A stretch of DNA of 64,000 bases from Ginglymostoma cirratum (GCA_024137785.1 JAHRHZ010000028.1:27569847-27633846); one strand, 5' to 3'. Counted from the first letter of the stretch, positions 24,575 through 36,315 are shown. Notes: generated by a model not told the origin, from the sequence alone. Numbers and translations are program-made.

Positions 24575-26230
24575 TTCAAGTCTTTTATTTCCTCCCTTGC
24601 CTCCCACAGTATCCTGGAATAGATCCTATCTGGCCCTGGGGTCTTGTCCACTTTAGCATATTTCAAGAAACCCAACACTTCCTCCTTCGTTATGTTGACC
24701 TGCCTGAGAGTATTCATGCCAATTCCTCTAACGCCAATATCCCTCACGTCCCTCTTTTCAGCGAATACACAAGTAAAGTGCTCATTAAGGATCTCAGCCA
24801 TTTCCTCTGGCTCCACATATAAATTCCCTCCTTTATCTTTGAGTGGACCTATTCTATCCCTAGCTACCCTCTTGTTCCTAATAGATGTATAAAATGCCTT
24901 TGGATTTTCCTTAACCCTGCTGGCCAAGGACATTTCGTAGCCCCTTTTAGCCCTTCTAACTCCCCATTTTAGCTCCTTCATACTTCCTCTGTATTCTTCA
25001 AAGACTTCTGTTTTTGGTTGCCTAGACCTTAGAAATGCTTTCTTTTCTTTTTGACTAAGCTGATAATTTCCCCTATCATCCAAGGTTCCTGAATCCTGTC
25101 ATTCCCATCCTTCATTTTTGCAGGAATAAGCCTGCCCTGCACTCTAGTCAACTGGTCCTTAAAAGACTTCAAAGCTTCAAAATCTCCCCTCCTCCTACCG
25201 CATCCCAAAACCAGCTCAGCTCGTCCTGCCTCCCTAACCTGTCCTTCCTCCCACCTATCCCCTCCTCCCACCTCAAGCCCCACCCCCATCTCCTGCCTAC
25301 TAACCTCATCCCGCCCCCTTGACCTGTCCGTCCTCCCTGGACTGACCTATCTCCTCCCTACCTCCCCACCTACAATCACCTTTACTGGCTCCATCCCCGC
25401 CTCTTTGACCTGTCTGTCTCCTCTCCACCTATCCTCTCCTCTATCCATCTTCTATCCGCCTCCCCCCTCTCCCTGTTTATTTCAGAACTCCCTTCCCCTC
25501 CCCCATTTCTGAAGCAGGGTCTCGGCCCAAAATGTCAGCCTTCCTGCTCCTATGATTCTGCTTGGCCTGCTGTGTTCATCCAGCTCTACACCTTGTTATC
25601 TCTTAAAAGACTCCCATACGTCAGATGAGGATTTACCCTCAAACAGCCACTCCCATTCTCCAGTTCTTGAGTATTAGTTCATAGTTAGCCTTCCCCTATT
25701 CAACACCATCAACCGAGGTCCACTCTTGTCCTTATACATAAGTATTTGAGAACTTTTATGGAATTATTGTCACTATTCCCACAATGCTCCCCCATTGAAA
25801 CTTTGATCACCTGGCCCAGCTAATTTTCCAGTACCAGGTCCAGTAGCTACTATCCGCATAATGTTTCAGAAGACTCTCCTGGATACACATAGCAAATTGT
25901 TCCTCTTCCAAACCCGCAGTACTAAGGGAGTCCCTATAAATATGGGGGAAGTTAAAATCACCCATCACAACAGCCTTGTTATTTTCATATCTTTCCAGAA
26001 CCTGACTACATATCTCTTCCTCTATCTCCTGTTGGCAGCTGGGAAATCTGTAATACAATCCCAGCATTGTGATTGCACCCTTCCTATTCCTGAGCTCTAA
26101 CCATAGTGCCTTGCTGCAAGATCGTTCCAAGGTGTCCTCCCTCTATGTAGCAGTGGTATGCTCCCTAATCTAGTGTAACATCTTCACCTCATTTGCTTCC
26201 TCCTCTGTCTTGTCGAAAGCATCGATATCC
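24575..26230 (-). mobile_element. CR1 LINE ORF2 fragment (APE endonuclease to linker), split by a PLE insertion
   Basis: ORFs EALWLELRNRKG...GLYYR...VVMGDFNFPHI (APE) and KENPKAFY...RIGPLKD...KTPGPDRIYSRIL. Confidence 0.88.
25169..25601 (+). mobile_element. Penelope-like element 3' end/pLTR inserted in CR1, 11-bp TSD
   Basis: Closely matches the 52440-52870 PLE end. TSD cttaaaagact at 25158-25168 and 25602-25612. Decayed hammerhead motif at 25509-25536. Confidence 0.85.
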
Positions 26231-27489
26231 CAGCCATGGGAATTTTAATCCACACGAAGACTGGAGAAATCAGAAGGTTTATGAGACTAATCCTGGCACA
26301 GATGGGTTGTCTAATGAGGCAAGGTTAGAGTGGCTAGGCTTGGTTTTGCTGGAGTATAGAAAAGTAAGAGGTGACTTGATAGAACCTTACAAGATCCAGA
26401 GAGGGTTGGCGAGGAAAGGATGTTTCCTCTTGTAGGAGAATCTACAACTGTTTGAGTATATTGATGATTTGTCTAAATGTTGACTTTCAGTTCAGTCCAC
26501 AGGTGCCGCTTTTTCTGGTGCTATATTAGATGGGCAACATTTTACATATTTTTAAATGACCTGCTCAGAGATGTAGTTAAACATTTCAGGTGCAGATGGG
26601 GCTTGAACCTGGGCCTCCTGGCTCAGAGGTAGGTACACTACCACTACACTGCAAGACCCTCCACCGATTAACTTTTTATTGAAATCAGTAAACCATGTTG
26701 TTCATTTATTACATATAGATCTACGGTTTATCATGATGGAGAGGGCATTCTAGGTGGAACTTGAACTAATTTTTAATCGGTTCAATTCCTCTGTTGCTCC
26801 AAGTGAGAAGATGCTTTGTTAAATTTTATCGGTGCATGTTCATAAGCATCAGGCAAGTTATTATTATAATGAAGTGCACTTTCCAAAACTGCTACAGCCT
26901 GAAGGAAAACAACTGTGTTGGAGTGATCTGGTCATAGAACTTAGAAGAGTATAGCACAGAAACAGGCCCTTTGCGCCACGATATTGTGCCAAACATGATA
27001 CCAAATGAAACTAATCCTTTCTGCCTGCCATTGGTCCGTATCCCTCCATTCATGTGCTTATCTAAAAGTCCCTTAAGCACCCCATTGTGTCTGCCTCCAC
27101 CACCATCCCCTGGCAGCACGTTCCAAACTCCTACCACTCTCTGTGTAAAAAAAAATTGCCCCCATGTCTCATTTGAACTTTCCCCTCACACCCTAAATGC
27201 ATGCCCCCCCACTATTAGACGTTTTCAGCTCTGGGAAAAAGATTCCGATCATCAACCATGTCTATGTATCTCATAATTTTATAAACTTCTATAGAGTCTC
27301 CTCTCAGCCTCTGCCACTCAAGAGAAAACATTGTGAGTTTTTCTAGCCTCTCCTTATAGCTCATACCCTTTAATCCAGGCAACATCCTGATAAGAGATAA
27401 AAGGTACTGCAGATGCTGGAGAATCCGAGATAACAAGCATGGGGCTGGATGAACACAGCAGGTCAAGCAGCATCATAGGAGCAGGAAAA

Positions 27490-27523
27490 ATTGATGTTTC
27501 GGGCCTAAACCCTTCATCAGAAA
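27490..27523 (-). ncRNA. Minimal type-I hammerhead ribozyme motif (G16.2->A)
   Basis: ttt-CTGATGA-a-GGGT-ttag-GCCC-GAAAC-ATC-aat on the minus strand. Confidence 0.65.
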
Positions 27524-27775
27524 TGGGGGAGGGCTCTCACCCCAAGCCGCACCCCCATCTCCTATCTACTAACATCATCCCGCCCCCTTGACCTGTCCGT
27601 CCTCCCTGGACTGACCTATCTCCTCCCCACCCCCCTACCTACACTCACCTTTACCGGCTCCATCCCCGCCTCTTCGACTTGTCTGCCTCCTCTCCACCTA
27701 TTCTATCCTCTATCCATCCTCTATCCGCCTCCCCCTCTCTCCCTATTTATTTCAGAACCCTCTTCCCCTCCCCCA

Positions 27776-27809
27776 TTTCTGATGAAGGGTTTAGGCCCGA
27801 AACGTCAAG
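27776..27809 (+). ncRNA. Minimal type-I hammerhead ribozyme motif, intact core with GUC cleavage triplet
   Basis: TTT-CTGATGA-a-GGGT-ttag-GCCC-GAAAC-GTC-AAG. Full CUGANGA/GAAA/UH core, 4-bp stem II, palindromic ACGT stem III, 3-bp stem I. Confidence 0.8.
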
Positions 27810-28879
27810 TTTTCCTGCTCCTATGATGCTGCTTGACCTGCTGTGTTCATCCAGCCCCATGCTTGTTATCTAACATCCTGATAAACCTCTTCTGCACCTT
27901 CTCCAAAACCTCCACATCCTTCCTGTAATGTGGCGATCAGAATTGAACGTAATACTTTAGGTGTGGCCTAACCAAAGTTTTATAAAGCAGCAACATTACA
28001 TCCCGACTCTTGTCCTCAATTCCCTGACCAATAAATGCAAGCATGCCATGCGCCTTCTTTACCACCCTATCTACTTGCGTGGCTACTTTCAGGGAGCTAT
28101 GGACTCGTACCCTAATGAGTTAATGTAACGCTGGGAAATCAGCTCCTGATGGCCTTCTGCAGTTAGCAAGCTTCGATCTTGGAAAATTAATCCTACAAAA
28201 ACATTAATAGAACTAAAGTGCTTAACTGACTGAGTAAGGTTCAGGTTTCTTACCCATTGAGCTGGTAAGTGCCTGGTAGATGAAGGGAGACCTATCCATC
28301 TTTGGCCATCCTCTCCCCTTTAGAGGTCAGTTCAGGTGGGACACAAAGTAGAGATGGAGGAAGTGTGAGCCCGAATCATTGTTATTAAAAAATAAGGTAA
28401 TATTTTTCAGAGACCTGTTCAGCAATTAAATGCTTTTATCTTTCCAACTCAGAAACTTGCACGTTAAAGTTGTCAAAGCATTCAAGGTATGCTTTTTGGA
28501 CAGTTCCTCGATTAATCACTAGATGGTGCAATAGACCACAAAGAAATGTTCTATTGCTGGAAACTGTTATGGTGACCGTCTCACGGAGAATGGGATTAGG
28601 CCACAGTCATAAGAATATTGTATCTGGATATCCAATTCCACAAAGGAATAGAAATACGAAAATAACTATTGGTATGGTATGCATATACCCATCAGAAGCT
28701 GGGCAGAGATTATCAATTAGCTGCTCCTACCCCCTTGTTAAACACCTCTGGGCATTGTTTTCATAGTGTGATTGGCACTCTGAGTGCGCAGTTCATTATC
28801 TTTACCCAAGGAATGATGTGCTATATATAAGATGTTAGGAAAGTTATAAAGAAATACTTTATTGAAAAAGTGGGACTGT

Positions 28880-29630
28880 TTTCATTAGGAGCAGAGTAAA
28901 ACACACCAGCTGGAACTCCTCTGCCTGCCAATTCCTTTTCCTTTCCTTCTTTTCTCGTTTTCTGCAGTTTTTCTCCTAGCCCTCCCCCAACAACTTTTAA
29001 CTTCTTAAACGACCTTACCTGGAGGGAATGGAGAGTGGAAGCGAGTCCAAGTCCAGCCCAGAGTGGGAGATGAGTCAGAGACCAGGCCAGCATGGGCAGT
29101 GAGTCACAGCCAGGGCCCGAAGTGGGAGCAGACCAAGCCTGGGCGGACCAGGGAGGCGAGTCCTGGAAGCACGTCATGGCCGGAGCCTGGAACGGGAGCA
29201 AGGCGAGCACGGGCTGAGCTGGGATCCGAGTTGGGGATTGGGGCCCGGAGCGGGAGCAGGGCGAGCGCGGGCTGAGCTGGGATCCGAGTTGGGGATTGGG
29301 GCCTGGAGCGGGAGCAGATTGAGCCCAGGCCGGCCGGGGGGACGAGTCTGGGAGGAAGGACAGCACATGGAGGCAGCGAGGCTTCGAGTTCTGAAGCCTG
29401 GTGGGAACGGACTCAGTGAAAAGGAGGATAAATTGAGTACTTTAAAGATACCTTTTATTCTCATTCTGGACTTTTTAAACTTTGTATTCCAATTGTAGTC
29501 TTTTTTTCACTCTTTCAGCTCTGTAACATTAAACTATCTGTACTTAGGTACGCTGTATGTAAGATATCACCAAATAGGCGACATTACAAACATTTCACTG
29601 CATTCACTCGAGTGCATGTGACAATAAAGG
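28880..29630 (+). mobile_element. GC-rich non-autonomous element with Rex1/Babar-like 3' tail and internal tandem repeat
   Basis: The tail (tgtacttaggta ... tttcactgcattcactcgagtgcatgtgacaataaa) resembles the 3' end of the Rex1/Babar fragment at 36100-36180. CpG-rich body. Confidence 0.5.
29182..29318 (+). repeat. ~58-bp GC-rich tandem repeat x2.3
   Basis: Unit like gggcc(c/t)gga(a/g)cgggagca(a/g)ggcgagc(a/g)cgggctgagctgggatccgagttggggattg, repeated. Confidence 0.85.
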
Positions 29631-30546
29631 CTATTGGGTGAGTTTCTTATCTAATATTGTAGAAGACCCAACAGTAAAGTGGACTTGTGGTGACTCCCCT
29701 TCGATAGCTCATCTGTTGGAGCTGAGATCTGTAGTATGAAGGTTCTTGTAGCAAAATAGTAATGCCCATACCTTTGAACCAGGAGGTTCAGGTTCAAGTC
29801 ATATCTGTTCCAGAGGTATATAATAACATGTTTGAAGAGGTTAATGGGAAATACCTCCCATATGATGTGCGCAGAAGTAGACAATTATTTTTGTGTCAAT
29901 ACTTTATATCTGGTTTCACATTTGTGGTCAGTAATTGGTGTTTATTTGTAATTGTATAGATAGCTTATTTACACATCTATGAAGCAAAACAGATGTGGTC
30001 AAATAATTTCCACCAAAGTTACAACTTATAAAAGAATAAAACTATATGTCTCATGTCTTTAAATGTTTCTGTTTGCTAGCTGCCACACTTCAAGCATCAA
30101 ACTTAACAAAAGTGAAAGGAAATGAGAGCACTTTTAGAATAGACAGGGAAACTCTTCAGTAACAGAAGAAAACAGTGTCAGAATATCTACAGCCTCTTAA
30201 CTGACACGGCCAATCATACTTCAAACAAAGCCTCAAGTCAGGCTGACTCTATGCAAGAGAATGTTTGTGTTTTATGGCTGCAAGATGTATTTGTTTTAGA
30301 CGATAATGGCATATTTTAAAAGCAAGGGAAATAATGAAGTCAAGTCTGTGTTGAGGGCCAATGCTGTAATCTTTCAACAGAATGACTCAATAGATCTATC
30401 AAAAAATTGCTTTAAAACAACGCTAAGTTCATTTGCATGAATTTGTTGAGAACTTGTATAGTGGGGCTCCTTTGAAATCAAAGTAGCCGCATATTGTTGG
30501 AATTGCCTGGAGAAAGCACATGTGGCTCCTCTTTTGGATTATTTCA

Positions 30547-30705
30547 TTATGATCTGAAGACAATTGTGGAATATTCTACAGAGTCCGAAGAACTTTGGTC
30601 TTTAGCTGTTCCTTGACGTTGAAGATCCTGTAGGTTAACGTAAGTACTTTCCAAGTTAGCTTTGGGTACCTGTTTCACAGTGGAATACATCACAGTTGCA
30701 TCCTC
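30547..30705 (-). CDS. Gene A (CD300/CMRF35-like, 1 IgV) terminal exon with three ITIM-type motifs
   Basis: ttttgtcttggtttcctcag|, phase 0. EDATVMYSTVKQVPKANLESTYVNLQDLQRQGTAKDQSSSDSVEYSTIVFRS*. Motifs VMYSTV (30676-30693), STYVNL (30631-30648), VEYSTI (30562-30579). Confidence 0.92.
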   Translation of the reverse strand, partial: EDATVMYSTVKQVPKANLESTYVNLQDLQRQGTAKDQSSSDSVEYSTIVFRS

Positions 30706-31005
30706 CTGAGGAAACCAAGACAAAAGGAAAACTGTTAATGCAATAATGGCACAATGTTAATCAGATCCTAGGTGGGTATTTAAATGTGGAGACAGGGGTC
30801 TTGCCCAAAGGCTAATTTGCAAGCTAGGCCACCCCCTATTTAATGTGTGTTTCTAATCAAGCTGCTCAGAGATGTTATTGCACAACTCTGGGGCAGGTTG
30901 GGGACTTGACTTAGTCCTTTGTTCTAGGGGTAGGGGCATTACCACTGCACCACAAGAGGGCCCTCCCCACCTGTCTTTTAGGCAAAGCCAGCTGCATTAA
31001 GTACC

Positions 31006-31138
31006 GAGATAGTAGGAACTGCCGATGCTGGAGAATCTGAGATAACACGGTATAGAGCTCGATGAACACAGCAGGCCAAGCAGCATCAGAGGAGCAGGAA
31101 AGCTGATGTTTCGGGTCGAGACCCTTCTTCAGAAAAAT
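31006..31138 (-). mobile_element. 133-bp hammerhead-bearing PLE-derived mini-element, 11-bp TSD
   Basis: TSD cattaagtacc at 30995-31005 and 31139-31149. Minus strand CTGAAGA-a-GGGT-ctcg-ACCC-GAAAC-ATC at 31105-31132. Confidence 0.85.
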
Positions 31139-31149
31139 CATTAAGTACC

Positions 31150-32070
31150 ACTCAGGTACTTATTTGGAGAGTCATCGTGGACTGGCAGCTCCTGTGAACA
31201 GCAGCGTCACCTGGGAGGTGATGGCCGCTGCTAGTATGACACACCAGGTCCAGTAGGGTCATTGCACCCAGGCAACAAGAGAGCGAAGGTTCATGGAGAA
31301 CAGGGCTTGGAGCTATGGTGAGGAACGGGCGCAGTGCAGAGTGTGGGTGTGCAGTGGGTCTCAGCTGCCCTTCCCCCACTGCCCAGTACCAGGTCCTCAA
31401 AAAGACACTGATTGTCTTTAACTGAGGGTCCTCTCTGGGGGCCTGAAAGAACCACGCGTGGCCCATTGTTGGTGTAAACCCTGAGAGCGGCCTCACGTGG
31501 TGATGGGGTCAACCTTGGGCCTGACTACCATGGATTTCATCAAGGAGGGGAGGCAGGAAGATGGCAGAGTCCCCACCTCCCTCTCTCCTTCATGGTTAAG
31601 TGCCCTCCGCACCATCAAATTCACCACAGAACAGGGATAAATTCCACTCACAGATTTTATTGTAATCTGACGCATGCACCCCCAACTCCGTCCCCTCCCT
31701 GGACTCAGTCTCCTGCACCAAATCAATGATGGTTTTCACTTCTTACAACCCTGGTTCAAGCATCCATTTCTCATGGCACCTGTATCTTTCACTGTATCAA
31801 TCACATGGTAGGCTTTGAACTACTAATGTCCTTGTTCAACAGGTTCAGGAGAAGATGAGGCCCTGGACAGTCAGTCAATCTCCACCATCGGGGCCTCAGA
31901 AGAAACCCTGCATGCGCTTGTGGACAGAAAAATCAACAAGGCTGTACCTTTTTGAGGGTACAATCTACAGACTAAGCGACAGACTAATCACCTTAAACTC
32001 AGCAAATAAGGAGGCCATTTATTGGCTCCCAGGAATGTGCATTCACTATATATACTGGATATATATTTGA
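31150..32070 (-). mobile_element. Highly degraded non-LTR (Tx1/L1-like) fragment
   Basis: Weak remnants such as LMVRRAL, resembling Tx1-type ORF2 C-terminus. No intact ORF. Confidence 0.3.
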
Positions 32071-32489
32071 AAGTGATGAATTTAGAGGGCTGCAGAGATA
32101 TGGCTGGAAAATGGGACTAGCTGGTACAGACACAATGGGCCCAATGGCCTCCGTCTGTATTGCAAAATTCTAAGATTCCAAATAAATAAACTCAGAAGTC
32201 AATGGCTCCTTCATGATGGCTAATTGCTCACACCCACTCCTGGGTGTCTGTGGGAGTGCAGATGGCTGGGGGATGCGCAGATACTGCTGTGCTCTAGCTG
32301 CTCCATGCTGCATTTATGGAACCTCTTGAATGAACCTGATACCTTGGCAAATCCTGTGAGGATTGTGCTGACCCTCTTTTCCCATATGCAATCTCTCTGC
32401 TCACTTCAGGTGAATTTGAGCTGTTGGTTTTGATATGTGAGGCCTAACTAAAGGTCAGTTCCGACTGATGTGTACAGTTCAGACTTGAT

Positions 32490-33175
32490 ACCTTGACAAG
32501 GAAGCACAAAAACTGAACCAAGTTCCAAGAAAACTACAGCAATTTAGTAGAAAGGCTAATCAAATGTTAGCCTTTATTGCAAGAGGATTTGAGCACAGGA
32601 GTGGTGAAGTCTTAATTCAATTGTATAGGAACTTGGTTGAAGTACACCCAGAGTACTGTGTGCCATTTTCCTCTCCTTAACTCTATAAAGGGAGTGCCGT
32701 GACAGTTCACTGGATTTGTTTCTGGGATGGCAGGAATGTCCTATGAGGAGAGATTGGGCATACTGTGTCCATATTCCCAAAAGTTTCAAAGAATGAGATA
32801 TGATCTCTTTGAAACTGATAAAATACTTAAATGGGTAGATTGAGTAGATGCAGGTAAAATGTTTCCCCTGGCCTGGCAGTCCAAAACCAGAGGAAACAAA
32901 TTAAAAATAATGAGAAATCCATTTAGGTCCAAAATGAGGAGAAATGATTTTACTCAGCGGGTTTTTACCCTTTGGAATCCTCTACAACATGGGGCTGTGG
33001 AAGCTCAATATTTGACAATGTTTACGGTAGAGATTGATAGATTTTTGATTACCAACAACATGTAGGGTTATACAGACAAGACATTGAAACGTTTGATCAG
33101 CCATGATTGTATTAAGTGGTAAGAGAAACCTGATGGGCTGAATAGGCTACTCCTGTTCCAGTGTTCCTATGTTTC
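32490..33175 (+). mobile_element. CR1 LINE 3' fragment
   Basis: MFPLAWQSKTRGNKLKI...FRSKMRRNDFTQRVFTLWNPL, followed by a CR1 tail. Confidence 0.85.
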
Positions 33176-33403
33176 TGTGGGACAGAGCATGTCTGTTAAA
33201 AGTGGGAGCCTGATTGCATCTTTTTCAACAACAGAAATCCATCTGTGGTTTCAGGGTGAATATTAGTGGGTTGAAGGATTATGACGAGTCATAGCCAAGA
33301 TACTATGGTGTCACACCTATTAATACCAATTATTTTAAGACTATCAATGATTATTCTATGGCTTTCCCTTACAAGGGGAACCTGAATGTTACTAGCATTA
33401 ACT

Positions 33404-33606
33404 GAGAACAGAAAAAATGCTGGAGATCACTTTTTCTGAAGAAGGGTCTAAGCCCAAAACGTCAGCCTTCCTGCTCCTCTGATGCTGCTTGGCCTGCTGT
33501 GTTCATCCCTCTCTGCACCTTGTTATCGGAGATCACAGTGAGCCAGGCAGCATCCATGGAGAGAAAGCAAGCTAAGTTTCGAGTCCAGATGACTCTTCAT
33601 CAGAAC
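33404..33606. mobile_element. Nested hammerhead mini-elements: a 97-bp plus-strand copy (33431-33527) inside a minus-strand copy of another subfamily
   Basis: TSD ggagatcac at 33422-33430 and 33528-33536. Inner CTGAAGA..CAAAACGTC at 33436. Outer minus-strand gtt-CTGATGA-a-GAGTC-atctg-GACTC-GAAAC-tt-agc at 33571-33606. Confidence 0.8.
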
Positions 33607-33983
33607 ATCAGTATGAGTTACCAACACTTCTGCAATGATCCGCTTCTAGCTAATGTTGAAACAACAGGTCCTCCCACTTGGATTCCCCTCCACAAATTGC
33701 TTCTTCATCTTTGACCCCTATGTTTCCATGCCCTTATCACCAGTACACTTGTGACCTTTTAGTTCTCTCTGTGAGACAGTGGCTCATCCAGGAGCAACTC
33801 CAGGTGACCTGACCTTTATGAAGTAAATGCACTAATGTTTGCAATTAAACATGATGTGATCAGTGGTCACGTGCGTGAGTGTCATACAGTCAGATTGGAT
33901 ACAGCACGGCATGACAATCAGAGTTATCAACTGTCTCCTTGGACCTTTTGTCACCATGTGAGCTTGACATAGAATCTTCTTAC

Positions 33984-34036
33984 CGTGACGGAGGAAGCAA
34001 GACTACCAAAGCCAGGAGCATTCTGTTCAACTGTGA
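33984..34036 (-). CDS. Gene A short cytoplasmic exon
   Basis: attttatttttcag| VTVEQNAPGFGSLASSVT |gtaagaag. 53 nt, phase 1->0. Positional equivalent of gene B exon 6, with the same donor gtaagaaga. Confidence 0.82.
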
Positions 34037-34627
34037 CTGAAAAATAAAATTATAATAGGAACATTTTACATTTTTTTTTCCTCACCGGACATGGGTGTTG
34101 TTGACAATGCATTGAACTGTCACTGTACCTGGCCACTCTGGAGGACACATATAGGCCAGACCCAAAGGACATCAGTGACTAGATACGTTTTTACAACAAT
34201 CCAAGTTTCAATTCCAGTTTGTTAATTAACTGAATTTATGTTTCACCAGCTACCATGCTGTGTAGAGATTTTATTCCTCTGAAAGGTAGCTTAAGGAATT
34301 ATAGTTTCTAATTAGGAGGTTGTGTTCAGTTAGAGAATTCATTGGTTTCAAATGTATTGTAATTGATTCATTAATTAGTCACTTGTGAGACATTAGTAAT
34401 ATTCGTGCAAAATCTCATTGTCCATCTCCCTCTCTCCCTGCTTCTCCGTCAGCTTTGATAGTTTGCACTGCCCTTAAAGCTCCTTGTATGGGCCTATAGT
34501 ATTTAGTTGTTATTTCGGTGAAGCCATCAACATTGCTGTGTGAAAATGCAGCCTCTATTATCTGTACATATATGTTCAACGTGGAAATTTATAAAGTTGT
34601 TCGTAATGATAATCATAGATCGTAGAA

Positions 34628-34935
34628 GATCATAGAATCCCTGCAGTGTGGAAACAGGCCATTCAGCCCAACAAATCCACACCGTCCCTCTGAAGAGCAT
34701 CCCACCCAGGCCCATTCCCCTAATTTCCCATGTCTAACCCAAACATCCCTGGGCACTATGGACAAAAATTTAGCCTGGCCAATCCACCTACCCTGCATAT
34801 TTTTGGACTGTGGGAGGAAACCAGAGCAGCCAGAGAAAACCCTTGCAGACACAGGGAGAATGTGCAAACTCCACACAGACAGTTGCCTGAGGGTGGAATC
34901 AAACCCCGGTCCCTGGTGCTGTGAGGCACCGTGCC
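34628..34935 (-). mobile_element. HE1/V-SINE-type SINE
   Basis: V-domain (tgtgtggagtttgcacattctccctgtgtctgc...cctcccacagtccaaa), B box ggtttgattcc, and CR1/HER1-like tail. Confidence 0.85.
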
Positions 34936-35380
34936 GCTTATAATCTGTTCTTCTTCAGGATGCGCTATTGAGGTCCTGATAAATGGAAATCAATTAGACC
35001 ACACTGATTGATGCCAGTTTTCATATCTCGTACAATTAATCACGAAAAATATCATGAAAAATTATGCCTTTATGAAAGAGGAATTTTTAACAGCACATTA
35101 AGTAACTATTGTTGATCAATCTCTCTGGTCCTGAATGAACAATTTTATATTTATGGGATGTCAACTTTCTGCATTCTATTTTAAAGAGTCCATAGATTTT
35201 TAAAATACTACTTTTTATCAACTTTCAGGTTCTGACTTAATCACATGCACATGTACAAGTTTTTTTTTTCTATAAAATTATAGAAAGTAAATGATAAAAA
35301 TACATTTTTTGCCATCTGTGAGAAACCTTCAAATTTTTTAGGCTGCGTGACAGAATCATGGATACCAGATACTGGATTAC

Positions 35381-35476
35381 CTGAAGAGTTGGTATCAGAA
35401 TGAAATTGGCAATGGGACAATGAAATCTGGGCAGCTTTTTTGAATGTCAGCAGTGATGTCATCACTTCATTACTGT
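35381..35476 (-). CDS. Candidate optional cytoplasmic cassette exon of gene A
   Basis: ttttatag| DSNEVMTSLLTFKKAAQISLSHCQFHSDTNSS |gtaatc. 96 nt, symmetric phase 1->1, open frame, but weak pyrimidine tract. Confidence 0.35.
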
Positions 35477-35769
35477 CTATAAAATCCGGATCATCTTTTG
35501 AATTAAAACAATGTAAAACAAATGTTGTTATGGTTTCCTTGCTGGTAACAGTCAAGGGTAAAATGTTGTTGGAAGTAGCCCAACTATTTTTATTTGTGAA
35601 TAGTTGATTTTCCTTCTCCTGGTAGGCAGACATTCTCATTTGTTAATTTGCTCGCCTGTTTCCTTTGTCTTCTGTCGATTGTTGACTATTGCTGACATGC
35701 CACATCTCTTTTCCCAGCTGCCTTCAATGTCTGGCTCAAATACTCAGTTTCTGGCACTGAATGTACAGT

Positions 35770-36183
35770 TAGCCGACTTCCCTTCCATGGACTCCATTTA
35801 CACTTCTTGTTGTTGTGGAAAGGCGGCCAACATCATCAAAGACCCATCCCATCCCGGTAATGCTCTCTTGCAATCTCTTCTGTCAGGCAGAAGATACAAA
35901 AGCTTGAACACACGTACCAACAAGTTCAAGAACAGCTTCGTCCCTGTTGTTATTAGACTGCTGAATGGACTTCTCCAACTTCAAATAATAGTCATTCTTG
36001 CTAATGTTGATCTTGCTTTGTGCACCTCCTATGCAGCCATAACCTTGTATGCCTCTCTCTGTATAAGCACCCTATGCTCTGTATGTCCTTGTTTGCTATG
36101 ATCTGCCTATACTTCTCGCAAAACAAAGCTTTTCACTGTACTTAGGTATATGTTACTACAATAATTCAAAACAATCAAATCAA
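35770..36183 (+). mobile_element. Rex1/Babar LINE 3' fragment
   Basis: KAANIIKDPSHPGNALLQSLLSGRRYKSLNTRTNKFKNSFVPVVIRLLN, a typical Rex1/Babar C-terminus, with a caaat-type tail. Confidence 0.8.
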
Positions 36184-36280
36184 GTAATTCAGTTGTTGAA
36201 GGCATCAGAGTAAGGCCCAAAAACAAAGTTGCTGGAAAAGCTCAGCAGGTCTGGCAGCATCTGTGAAGTAAAAAAACAGT

Positions 36281-36315
36281 GTTAACGTTTCAGGTCTGGT
36301 GACCTTCCTCAGAAC
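36281..36315 (-). ncRNA. Minimal type-I hammerhead ribozyme motif, fully paired, sense to gene A (in a PLE mini-element about 36218-36315)
   Basis: GTT-CTGAGGA-AGGTC-acca-GACCT-GAAAC-GTT-AAC. 3-bp stem I, 5-bp stem II, palindromic AACGTT stem III, GUU triplet. Confidence 0.78.

Larger units (their letters stand above)
27394..27871. mobile_element. Non-autonomous PLE-derived element with ~106-bp inverted repeats, two opposing hammerheads and 13-bp TSD
   Basis: Arms 27428-27533 and 27766-27871 are near-perfect reverse complements. TSD aacatcctgataa at 27381-27393 and 27872-27884. Confidence 0.9.
26933..28110 (-). mobile_element. CR1 LINE 3' fragment split by a PLE-derived insertion
   Basis: RMLPGLKGMSYKERLEKL...LEWQRLRGDSIEVYKIMR; VVGVWNVLP; CR1 3' UTR. 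Confidence 0.88.

Noticed and set aside
28821-29498. Overlapping Pro/Ala/Gly-rich ORFs up to 181 aa
   Set aside because: They arise from a GC-rich tandem repeat lacking stops; no splice or domain support.
34527-34561. Possible alternative terminal exon of gene A (DNRGCIFTQQC*)
   Set aside because: Poor pyrimidine tract, and a much better path exists (34036-33984, then the ITIM exon) matching gene B's structure. An ITIM-less isoform cannot be excluded but has no support.
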